Source: Balanoglossus misakiensis (Eukaryota > Animalia > Hemichordata). Taken from it: DNA of 64,000 nucleotides. The stretch spans positions 8,014,468 to 8,078,467 of the forward strand of contig CM082596.2 of the NCBI GenBank assembly GCA_040954595.2. Direction: 5' to 3'. This document shows positions 25,769-36,669 of the stretch, in pieces. Numbering within the stretch: the stretch's first letter is position 1; every line of letters starts with the position of its first letter. Below the pieces are notes generated by a model. The model did no database searches and was not told the DNA's origin. It saw nothing but the letters and a program-made list of their open reading frames with translations. Both the position numbers and the translations under genes were made by a program.

Positions 25769-28378
25769 TAACCGACTCCAAATATGATGCGATTAACTTG
25801 TCCTAACGTCCGAACCACTCGCGTTTGATTCATTTTTGTGTGTTTACATGTTGAGATCGCCATATTAAATATAAAGCTATATTAACGAATCAAAATATAA
25901 TCGTACTACTTCAACATTATATACTACTATTTATTTATAATATATTAACGAATCAAAATATAATCGTACTACTTCAACATTATATACTACTATTGCTATA
26001 CTTAAGACCCCTGAGGCTTGCCATACAACTGTGGTATTGTCGACGATTTGGTATGTTCTTTGAGTCAAAGTCCTTCTAGCGCATATTCGGGTGGCGGCCG
26101 TGTGATCCTTTTTAGCTGAATCAGATTTCACGTCGAGTTGTGTATTAGGCCCACAGGAAACATCAATAAGGGAGTCGATCGGAGTGTAGAGAGATTGAAG
26201 CATAGAGAGACGGCTCATTTCAAACACCCTCCCCCCCCCTTCATCAACTTGAATTTTAAATAAAACCCGCATGACCTCCCCACCCCCAGGCCTAAAGAAT
26301 AATTTACCATAATAGGCCTACAATAATCAATATCATTAAACGACCATGATAAGTATTTTGCCGCTGAACTTGAATTTGAAGACAGAGCATGAAAATCAAA
26401 CTTTAGACCCTTTTACAGTATAAAAAATATAATCTCACACGCGTGGAGGGTTTTAGGCGAAATCAAGCACCTTTGAAACTAACAAAGATCCCAAGCAGAG
26501 CCAAACAAATATACCTACTGGCAAGCCTACCTTCTGTTCTGAAGCATTACAGCGCCTCGGGCGACAGATTTTCAGGAAAATGATAATCCTCCCAACCTCC
26601 CAGTTCTTTGTGGGCGATGGGTTTTATTGAAAACAAAGAAAAAACCGTGTGTTCGCCGTCTTTTCATAAAACACCATATTTTCTAATGAGATGGCAACTG
26701 CTTTGAAATTTAAATTTCAGACAGTTTCGCTTTCCCACTGAAAATGTTAAAGAGAATATAGTCTAAAGTTGTCCTGAGTTCATAGCGTTTAAAGACATGT
26801 ATTTTCGAGGAACGCTGTACTTTAATCGGTTTGTCCCTTGAATTCAGGTGCGATTATGATCAAGAGAAATGTTATTTCTGGCACACCAGTTTTGTGAAAT
26901 TTCAGAACAATTGTCAGTCATCTCGTGTCTTTTAACATTGGTGTGCTGCGTAAACAATTTCCTAACTTCTAGTGTTGTCTGCCTGTGAAAAGGAATCATG
27001 AAAATGTAAACAAATGAACCATTCCGTGAAATCTCTTCCCTGAATCTCTTCTTTTCTCTTCTCTTCTCTTCAAGGTCACCGAGCACGGACACCGAGCACA
27101 GGACTACCTTGACAATGGTTTTTAGGACGATTAAGGCATAGATGTAATGAACTCGGACCCGAGTAAAACGTACATTTTAGAAGGAAAAAAGGCTAGGGGG
27201 TGTGTAATACCTTTTTTGAAGTTTTTTGGCGTGCGCTCTGTGTTAACATTTAGTGCCAACAACAGTCACATCTCGGTGAGCATTAATTTATTCAACATGG
27301 CGCCCCCCTGTTGCACACACCGTGGCTGAACACATACACGTTGTGTTGATTCCTCGTATGTTTCTAGGACCATACATCATTCTGGAGAACTTCACAGCAA
27401 CACAGGGACATTTGGTGATGTATTTGCGAAGTTAAGAAAGTTATGCGGTAAGTGAGGATCCTGAAAAGTTCCAGAAAGTTTTAGCGACGTAATGAGTTTA
27501 CCGGTTTGCAAGTTTCTGTGTACTGCAATGTACAAGAGTCAGCCAGGCATGCTGTTCCAACTCGAAGCAACATTTTGCGTTCTCCCTTTATAGCATGTTG
27601 TTGGAAACCCACCTCAAGGAGTAGCATGCATATTTGCAAACGTAGGAATAAGCCGTCTACTCCGGGATATTTGCAGTTCGGCCTTAGTCATGCTCACTGT
27701 CATATCAACACAGTCCCTTGATTCTAACTGTACTGTAGTGTTTTTGTCAAGGGCGGTGACCAGGTAAATATTACCAGGTTTCACAGTCAGTGTATATAAC
27801 AGGGTTACTTTCCCATTAATAGATCACACAGTCATATTAATGAATAGCAGAAGTGTTACCAGGGTTTCCAAATCATATGCCAGTTATCCAAACGTTTAAT
27901 AACCTTTGTTTTTCGAGTTGCATTCTACCTTAAACTTTATACCGAGGAACCTTGTTGCATTCAATTATAAACAATGCATTTTTGATGAAGAATTTACAAT
28001 GCACTGTCATACTCACATAATTTATTTTTATTTTCCCTACAGCAGTGACCACTACAATAGAAGACACCAAGGATTGGAAAGTCGGGAGTGTTTTTTATCT
28101 GTGGTTGTGATGATCCATGGACAGATGGTGTTGGTCTGGGATGCACTTTATCCATTGGACAGGATGTTGGTTCCATCTATACGTTGTCTTTTTGATTAAT
28201 TAAATCAGTTATGTAGAGGTAGGCTCAGTCTAGTTTTTGCGCTTATTGTTCTGCTGTTTCTGCCCGTCTACATCTGAGAAATTTCTGCCAATGTTCAATG
28301 GATAACAAAACCGTTCTCACACCAAAGAAACCATATCTGTGAACAGCTGATGGAAGGTTAGGTACAGGGACAGGTTAA

Positions 28379-28463
28379 CCCTTTCACCCCCAGTTCTATC
28401 TTCAGAGGTCCAACCTTACCATAGAAAACAATGGGTTTGGACTGAACCACAGTAGTGAAAGGG
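28379..28463. mobile_element. 85-bp piggyBac-type MITE; family also at about 15458-15543, 43135-43219, 46131-46209 and 51985-52067
   Basis: ttaa|ccctttcac ... gtgaaaggg|ttaa. Confidence 0.75.
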
Positions 28464-28550
28464 TTAAGGTGGCTTGTGAGGTTGGTTACAGCATATCTTT
28501 ACGCATTTCCATATCATATTCATAGATTCTAACTCGTACACGCCCCCAAA

Positions 28551-31200
28551 ATGACCAATTCTTGACTTTGTGAATTTTGGTCACCTTCAGCATTTTCATG
28601 TCCAAAAATGACCAATTCTTGACTTTGTGAATTTTGGTCACCTTCAGCATTTTCATGTCATATTCATGGATATAGCTCAGACATGCTCAAAAAATGACCA
28701 ATTCTTGACTTTGTGAATTTTGGTCACCTTCAGCATTTTCATGTCATATTCATGGATTATAGCTCAGACATGCTCAAAAAATGACCAATTCTTGACTTTG
28801 TGAATCATGAATTTTGGTCACCTTCAGCATTTTCATGTCCAAAAATGACCAATTCTTGACTTTGTGAATTTTGGTCACCTTCAGCATTATTATGTCCAAA
28901 AATGACCAATTCTTGACTTTGTGAATTTTGGTCACCTTCATCATTTGCATGTCATATACAGGGATTATAGCTCATACACACTCAAATAATGACCAATTCT
29001 TGACTTTTTGAATTTTGGTCACCTTCAGCATTTTCATGTCATATTCATGGATTATAGCTCATACATGCTCAATTAATGACCAATTCTTGACTTTGTGAAT
29101 TTTGGTCACCTTCAGCATTTTCATGTCATATTCATGGATTATAGCTCATACACGCTCAAATAATGACCAATTCCTGACTTTGTGAATTTTGGTCACCTTC
29201 GGCATTTTCATGTCATATTCATGAATTATAGCTCATGCACACTCAAATAATGACCAATTCTTGACTTTGTGAATTTTGGTCACCTTCAGCATTTTCATGT
29301 CATATTCATGGATTATAGCTCATACATGCTCAATTAATGACCAATTCTTGATTTTGTGAATTTTGGTCACCTTCAGCATTTTCATGTCATATTCATGGAT
29401 TATAGCTCATACATGCTCAATTAATGACCAATTCTTGATTTTGTGAATTTTGGTCACCTTCAGCATTTTCATGTCATATTCATGGATTATAGCTCATACA
29501 TGCTCAATTAATGACCAATTCTTGACTTTGTGAATTTTGGTCACCTTCAGCATTTTCATGTCATATTCATGGATTATAGCTCATACATGCTCAATTAATG
29601 ACCAATTCTTGACTTTGTGAATTTTGGTCACCTTCAGCATTTTCATGTCATATTCATGGATTATAGCTCATACATGCTCAATTAATGACCAATTCTTGAC
29701 TTTGTGAATTTTGGTCACCTTCAGCATTTTCATGTCATATTCATGGATTATAGCTCATACATGCTCAATTAATGACCAATTCTTGACTTTGTGAATTTTG
29801 GTCACCTTCAGCATTTTCATGTCATATTCATGGATTATAGCTCATACATGCTCAATTAATGACCAATTCTTGACTTTGTGAATTTTGGTCACCTTCAGCA
29901 TTTTCATGTCATATTCATGGATTATAGCTCATACATGCTCAATTAATGACCAATTCTTGACTTTGTGAATTTTGGTCACCTTCAGCATTTTCATGTCATA
30001 TTCATGGATTATAGCTCATACATGCTCAATTAATGACCAATTCTTGATTTTGTGAATTTTGGTCACCTTCAGCATTTTCATGTCATATTCATGGATTATA
30101 GCTCATACATGCTCAATTAATGACCAATTCTTGACTTTGTGAATTTTGGTCACCTTCAGCATTTTCATGTCATATTCATGGATTATAGCTCATACATGCT
30201 CAATTAATGACCAATTCTTGATTTTGTGAATTTTGGTCACCTTCAGCATTTTCATGTCATATTCATGGATTATAGCTCATACATTCTCAATTAATGACCA
30301 ATTCTTGACTTTGTGAATTTTGGTCACCTTCAGCATTTTCATGTCATATTCATGGATTATAGCTCATACATGTACATGCTCAATTAATGACCAATTCTTG
30401 ACTTTGTGAATTTTGGTCACCTTCAGCATTTTCATGTCATATTCATGGATTATAGCTCATACATGCTCAATTAATGACCAATTCTTGACTTTGTGAATTT
30501 TGGTCACCTTCAGCATTTTCATGTCATATTCATGGATTATAGCTCATACATGCTCAATTAATGACCAATTCTTGACTTTGTGAATTTTGGTCACCTTCAG
30601 CATTTTCATGTCATATGCATGGATTATAGCTCATACATGCTCAATTAATGACCAATTCTTGACTTTGTGAATTTTGGTCACCTTCAGCATTTTCATGTCA
30701 TATTCATGGATTATAGCTCATACATGCTCAATTAATGACCAATTCTTGACTTTGTGAATTTTGGTCACCTTCAGCATTTTCATGTCATATTCATGGATTA
30801 TAGCTCATACATGCTCAATTAATGACCAATTCTTGACTTTGTGAATTTTGGTCACCTTCAGCATTTTCATGTCATATTCATGGATTATAGCTCATACATG
30901 CTCAATTAATGACCAATTCTTGACTTTGTGAATTTTGGTCACCTTCAGCATTTTCATGTCCAAAAATGACCAATTCTTGACTTTGTGAATTTTGGTCACC
31001 TTCAGCATTTTCATGTCCAAAAATGACCAGTTCTTGACTTTGTGAATTTTGGTCACCTTCATCATTTTCATGTCATATTCATGGATTATAGCTCATACAT
31101 GCTCAATTAATGACCAATTCTTGACTTTGTGAATTTTGGTCACCTTCTTGACTTTGTGAATTTTGGTTACCTTCAGCATTTTCATGTCATATTCATGGAG
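28551..31200 (+). repeat. 87-bp tandem satellite array (about 30 units, some 57-bp variants), left arm
   Basis: Unit atgaccaattcttgactttgtgaattttggtcaccttcagcattttcatgtcatattcatggattatagctcatacatgctcaatta; period checked 29511->29598 (87) and 28551->28608 (57). Confidence 0.97.
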
Positions 31201-32787
31201 TATAGATCAAATACTCTCATATATACCGGTAATGCATGTAAACTTTTGGTCGTGAGTAAACTTAACAAGACTAGTAAAAAGTGTAAAATCTTTACCAAAT
31301 CCGGTATTCATCATTGTGGATGGAAGAGAATAAGCTGGGAATATTCTCAAGCTACAAGATCTGGCTTGTCAAAAGGCAAAGTGAGTACAAATTTTATCAC
31401 CATTTTCATTGAAGGAAGCAAGAGAGAGGTGGACTTTAGGCTTGCAAGTTCTAGATCAAAATTATTGAAGAGGCAACAGGGAAAGAAGTTTCTGCTTTGT
31501 GTCGTAGAGGGCGTGTGTTGAATTGTGGCAACCGTTCCTTGAGCAGGTTTTAGTGCGCTGAAGTTAACAATAGAATTGTTTGTGCAATCGACTTAATTAA
31601 CATGTCGTAGAAAGACTGTATCAGATCAAAACAACCGTTCATTGAATAATATAAACCGTTTATTGAATAATATAAGCATTCAACAGAAATTATGCTTGTT
31701 CAACGTGTCGTAGATAGAGGGCGTGTGTTGAATGATGACAACCGTTCATATTGACAGATTTCAATTTATTTGGCCGTGAATAACGTAAAATTATTAATTT
31801 CCAACGAGAGACTTAGTCTCCAAAACGTGTCCAAACAAATCGCTAAGTACCATAATTCATAAGTTATGAATGAACAACGTCACAACTTTAAAAAAAAACG
31901 AAAAGTCGCACAATATTTCCGTATTTTGGAATTGAAAATGTACAGTTCGCAACAAAAGTTGCGTTTCCGCGATCATTGATTTTAAATTGTCGGAGCATTT
32001 TAATTGAAAAATACGGTTTGCAGCAAATTTTCTCGTGTCTCCGCGTTCACCGTTGACGTGAATTTTCGGTTATTTGGAGATTTTATGATGGGCGACGTCA
32101 AAAAGATCGATGTGGGATATTAAAAGTCTTATTTTTTTTTTACTTTGGGCTGCGATGTGGGTGTTTAAACCCCCGGTCGCCAAAATTTCTACCTGACAAA
32201 GACGCTCTCCTACTTTGGTGAAAGTAGTCCTTAAAGTGGCGTAAATCACATGTATTTAATTTCGCTCTATTCTGACTGACTGTTTTTCATTTGAATATTG
32301 TTTTTTACACTGTCATTCATCCCGAGTACGTTGAAATCAGCGTTTCAAAGTAATGAAGTAATGGGAATACAGGTTCAAGGGAATTGTAAATTTTTGAAAT
32401 CAAACATTGAAATTTTGACGTCAATCCGTAGGAAATAGTGTATTTCATCGATCTGTTCAAAGTGTTGACACTTCGTCCCCTCCATCGATTTTTTTTTACA
32501 AAAGTTAGATTTATCCTGAGAATGCAAGATTAAATTCCAAGTGTCGTTTTTTTTGTAATCGGAGAGATGCATTTGTCGCTTGTAATTTGTTATTAATTCT
32601 ACCAATTGTATTTTTTGCTGTCTGCCAATTGTAATTCTGCCAATTGTATTTTTTGCGGCTGCCTGCTGTTGTATTATTATAAGTGTATATTTTTACCGCT
32701 TCTGTGTCATGTACATTTAAATCCTGGTTTAATTAAATAAAGAATGAAATGCATGTACTAATAATAGTTTTGCATGGATCGAAATTA

Positions 32788-32841
32788 GGCTCGGTTTCAT
32801 TATAGTTAGTATATCAATACTGACTATAATGAAACCGAGCC
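32788..32841. mobile_element. 54-bp Harbinger-type mini-MITE, present in both palindrome arms (mirror about 34100-34153)
   Basis: tta|ggctcggtttcattatagt...actataatgaaaccgagcc|tta. Confidence 0.55.
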
Positions 32842-32909
32842 TTATATATTTTTTTTTAAATTTCATGAGTCTGATCATCATATAATACTTTTGGAGTCTA
32901 GAAGTTCGT

Positions 32910-32985
32910 GAGTCCCCGTGGCTCAGAGGTTAAGACGTTAGACTAACGATCGCAGGACTGGGGTTCGTATCCCCCTGCTGACTCA
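32910..32985 (+). ncRNA. tRNA-derived Pol III unit (76 nt, tRNA-Arg-like, probably not a functional tRNA)
   Basis: A-box TGGCTCAGAGG, B-box-like GGTTCGTATCC, T-arm gggg/cccc, gagtc/gactc acceptor pairing, T4 at 33007-33010; anticodon stem imperfect. Confidence 0.55.
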
Positions 32986-33090
32986 ACTTACTCTGAAAAA
33001 AATATCTTTTAGCTTCCAAGTGTCTCAGTTTTCCAAGTCAACTAGGCAATCTGATGTATAAGTACAAGTTAAAAGTAAGCAGATCTCGAG

Positions 33091-33176
33091 GAAGCACCGT
33101 GGTCTAGTGGCATTGTCGCTGGGCTGATGACTGCATGGGCAGTATTGGTGCGGGGTTCGAATCCCGCTGCTGACTC
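33091..33176 (+). ncRNA. tRNA-like Pol III head, left arm, facing the palindrome centre
   Basis: A-box TGGTCTAGTGG (33100-33110), B-box GGTTCGAATCC (33154-33164), T-stem gcggg/cccgc, central hairpin actgc-atgg-gcagt. Confidence 0.65.
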
Positions 33177-33193
33177 AACGCTCGGACAGGGAA

Positions 33194-33335
33194 GCTATTG
33201 GCTTGCGTGCCAGTGGTTGTGCGTAGACGGTGCTATTGGCTTGCTGTCAGTAGCTGTGCGTAGAGGGCGCTATTGGCTTGCTGTCAGTAGCTGTGCGTGG
33301 AGGAGCTAATGGCTTGCCTGTCAGTAGCTGTGCGC
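33194..33335 (+). repeat. About 33-bp CCAAT-box-containing tandem repeat (4 units; mirrored at 33803-33925)
   Basis: Unit gctattggcttgc(c)tgtcagtagctgtgcgtagagg; inverted copies on the right arm. Confidence 0.85.
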
Positions 33336-33499
33336 TATGGGTTTCCATAGAAGAGTATCGCTGTTACGGGGATTGACGAGCCATCCCTGTGGTGTGCTTT
33401 GAATCCGTTCAGTAGGCCTTCTGTGGTAAGCCCAGCTCTACTATGCCTATCTATGTTTACGGGCGAGAGTAAAAATAAATTAAATCGAAGAAAAAATAA

Positions 33500-33527
33500 G
33501 CCCCTTCGGGGGCGGTTTAATTTTTTT
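33500..33527 (+). terminator. GC hairpin with cUUCGg tetraloop followed by T7 (candidate Pol III 3' end)
   Basis: GCCCC-TTCG-GGGGC at 33500-33513; T7 at 33521-33527 is the first run of four or more T downstream of the left head. Confidence 0.4.
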
Positions 33528-33945
33528 ACCAGCGGATCTAAAAATTTCTGGAAGTCTGGACTTAGTAAATTTTTTTTGCCCTTCTATTGGCTTGCGGTCA
33601 GAGGTCACGGGTATCCCCGTAACAAAGGCTAGTCCCCAGAGGGGATATTGTCTTGCGGGCAAATGGCAACTACCCAGTTAGAGCTTACTAATAGTTTAAT
33701 TAGAAACCATTTGACATTTGAAAGTCAATAAGCTCATACTGGGCACATAGCCATTGGCCCGCAAACCAATATCTCCTCTAGGCACTAGCTAATAGACCGC
33801 AAGCCAATAGCTACCTCCACGCACAGCTACTGACAGGCAAGCCAATAGCGCCCTCTACGCACAGCTACTGACAGCAAGCCAATAGCGACTTCTACGCACA
33901 ACCACTGGCACGCAAGCCAATAGCTCTTTTTTTTTCGGGCAACGT

Positions 33946-34030
33946 TGAGTCAGCAGCGGGGTTCGAACCCGCACCAATACTGTCCATACAGTCATCAGCC
34001 AGCGACAAAGCCACTAGGCCACGGTGCTTC
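33946..34030 (-). ncRNA. tRNA-like Pol III head, right arm, facing the palindrome centre
   Basis: On the minus strand: A-box TGGCCTAGTGG, B-box GGTTCGAACCC, hairpin actgt-atgg-acagt. Confidence 0.65.
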
Positions 34031-34252
34031 CTCGAGATCTGCTTACTTTTAACTTGTACTTATACATCAGATTGCCTGAAATTTAAAAAAAATAAATAAG
34101 GCTCGGTTTCATCATAGTCAGTACTGTTATACTAACTATAATGAAACCGAGCCTAATTTCGATCAATAACTTCTGCTGCAAAACTGTTATTATTACATGT
34201 ATTTCAGGATTTAAATGTACATGACACAGAACCGGTAAAAATATACACTCTA

Positions 34253-34442
34253 CTGTAAAACACTTTATTTTCGCGAGTCAAAATTTTCGCGATATCGAGA
34301 GAGGCCACTGTTTCGCAAGTATTCATTTTCGCGTTCTCATATTTCATTCACTGCATCGTTATCTTCAAAACAAATTAAATTTACGCGACTTTTTTATTTT
34401 CACGCTATTTTGGCTATCGCGTATTTCGCGAAAATAAAGTGT
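34253..34442. mobile_element. CTGTAAAA-family MITE inserted in the right palindrome arm, right terminus deleted
   Basis: ta|ctgtaaaacactttattttcgcgag ... cgcgaaaataaagtgt joined directly to arm sequence. Confidence 0.75.
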
Positions 34443-34964
34443 CTACGACCCGTTGAACAAGCATAATTTCTGTTGAACGCTTATATTATTCAGCGAACGG
34501 TTTATATTATTCAATGAACGGTTGTTTTGATCCGATACAGTCTTTCTACGACATGTTAATTAAGTAGATCGCACAAACATTTCTATTGCTAGCTTCAGCG
34601 CACTAAAATCTGCGGTTGCCACAATTTAACACACGCCCTCTACGACACAAGGCAGAAACTGCTTTCCCTTTTGCCTCTTCAATAATTTTGATCAAGAACT
34701 TGCAAGCCTAAACTCAAACTTTCTTTTGCTTCCTTCAATGAAAACGGTGATAAAATTTGTACTCACTTTGCTTTTTGACAAGCCAGATCTTGTAGGTTGA
34801 GAATATTCCCAGCTTATTCTCTTCCATCCACAATGATGAATACCGGATTTGGTAAAGATTTTACACTTTTTACTAGTCTTGTTGTAGTCTTTCACTTAAG
34901 TTTACTCACGACCAAAAGTTTACATGCATTACCGGTATATATGAGAGTATTTGATCTATACTCC

Positions 34965-36400
34965 ATGAATATGACATGAAAATGCTGAAGGTGACCAAAA
35001 TTCACAAAGTCAAGAATTGGTCATTATTTGAGCATGTATGAGCTATAATCCATGAATATGACATGAAAATGGTGAGGGTGACCAAAATTCACAAAGTCAG
35101 GAAGGTGACCAAAATTCACAAAGTCAAGAATTTGGTCATTATTTGAGTGTCTATGAGCTATAATCCCTGCATATGACATGAAAATGCTGAAGGTGACCAA
35201 AATTCACAAAGTCAAGAATTTGGTCATTATTTGAGTGTCTATGAGCTATAATCCCTGCATATGACATGAAAATGCTGAAGGTGACCAAAATTCACAAAGT
35301 CAAGAATTGGTCATTATTTGAGCGTGTATGAGCTATAATCCCTGCATATGACATGAAAATGCTGAAGGTGACCAAAATTCACAAAGTCAAGAATTGGTCA
35401 TTATTTGAGCGTGTATGAGCTATAATCCCTGAGTATGACATGAAAATGCTGAAGGTGACCAAAATTCACAAAGTCAAGAATTGGTCATTATTTGAGCGTG
35501 TATGAGCTATACTCCCTGCATATGACATGAAAATGCTGAAGGTGACCAAAATTCACAAAGTCAAGAATTGGTCATTATTTGAGCGTGTATGAGCTATAAT
35601 CCCTGCATATGACATGAAAATGCTGAAGGTGACCAAAATTCACAAAGTCAAGAATAGGTCATTATTTGAGCGTGTATGAGCTATACTCCCTGCATATGAC
35701 ATGAAAATGCTGAAGGTGACCAAAATTCACAAAGTCAAGAATTGGTCATTATTTGAGCGTGTATGAGCTATAATCCCTGCATATGACATGAAAATGCTGA
35801 AGGTGACCAAAATTCACAAAGTCAAGAATTGGTCATTATTTGAGCGTGTATGAGCTATAATCCCTGCATATGACATGAAAATGCTGAAGGTGACCAAAAT
35901 TCACAAAGTCAAGAATTGGTCATTATTTGAGCATGTATGAGCTACATGTATAATCCCTGCATATGACATGAAAATGATGAAGGTGACCAAAATTCACAAA
36001 GTCAAGAAGGTGACCAAAATTCACAAAGTCAAGAATTGGTCATTATTTGAGCATGTATGAGCTATAATCCCTGCATATGACATGAAAATGCTGAAGGTGA
36101 CCAAAATTCACAAAGTCAAGAATTGGTCAATATCTCAGCGTGTATGAGCTACATGTATAATCCCTGCATATGACATGAAAATGATGAAGGTGACCAAAAT
36201 TCACAAAGTCAAGAAGGTGACCAAAATTCACAAAGTCAAGAATTGGTCATTATTTGAGCATGTATGAGCTATAATCCCTGCATATGACATGAAAATGCGG
36301 AAGGTGACCAAAATTCACAATGTCAAGAATTGGTCAATATCTCAGCGTGTATAAGGTAGAATGAATGCACATGACATGAAAATGCTGTAGGTGACCAAAA
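34965..36400 (-). repeat. 87-bp tandem satellite array (about 16-17 units), right arm, inverted
   Basis: Reverse complement of the left-arm unit with arm-specific substitutions. Confidence 0.97.
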
Positions 36401-36669
36401 TGCCTGTCAAGGAGAATTCAGAATAAATGATCAACAAAGAAATCCACAATTCATGGCAGCGTGAGTGACTGAATCAACTTGCTAAGGTTAAATTTTCTCT
36501 GTGAAATTTAGGAAATTTCCAGGGGTACATCTCTCCATCCACTTTACACATCACACAAATTTATGTGAATGGTCTTGGAGTAAAATGAGCAATAAAAAAT
36601 TCTACAAAGACAAACTTGGTTTCAACTACAATCATATTTCGGTCTTCTTCAACAAACTTGTTCAAATAA

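Larger units (their letters stand above)
23233..26025. mobile_element. Non-autonomous TIR DNA transposon with subterminal 63-bp arrays; TATGG..CCATA termini, 7-bp TSD (IS3EU-like termini, superfamily uncertain)
   Basis: TSD caactgt at 23226-23232 and 26026-26032; TIR tatggcaagcctcaggggtcttaagtatagcaatagtag... continues into the repeat units. Confidence 0.85.
28500..36400. mobile_element. Giant palindromic foldback-type element: outer satellite domains, inner unique domains, tRNA-like core; symmetry centre about 33708
   Basis: Inverted pairs: satellite 28551-31200 vs 34965-36400; 31200-31714 vs 34442-34965; 32683-32865 vs 34078-34249; 33044-33330 vs 33803-34077; 33584-33687 vs 33729-33812. 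No TSD or transposase ORF found. Confidence 0.8.

Noticed and set aside
23233-26025. Polinton/Maverick (AGTAGT motifs in the repeats)
   Set aside because: The termini are TATGG rather than AG-rich, the TSD is 7 bp rather than 6, and there are no polymerase or integrase remnants.
28551-31200. CRISPR-like array (palindromic repeat at regular spacing)
   Set aside because: The sequence between the palindromic parts is also repeated (no unique spacers), there are no cas genes, and the context is eukaryotic; it is a tandem satellite.
31129-31521. 130-aa ORF (mirrored at 34692-34895) as an element-encoded protein
   Set aside because: It starts inside the satellite at a non-ATG codon, the frame is not preserved in the mirror arm, and it has no recognisable domain.
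32910-32985. Functional tRNA gene
   Set aside because: The anticodon and acceptor stems pair poorly and the B-box deviates; treated as tRNA-derived.
33124-33165. Hammerhead ribozyme (CTGATGA followed by a stem)
   Set aside because: The required GAAA does not follow stem II; the segment fits a tRNA-like A/B-box unit better.
28500-36400. Long-read foldback/chimera assembly artefact
   Set aside because: The arms differ by many substitutions, arm-specific indels and an arm-specific MITE, which a read artefact would not produce; read-level confirmation is still advisable.
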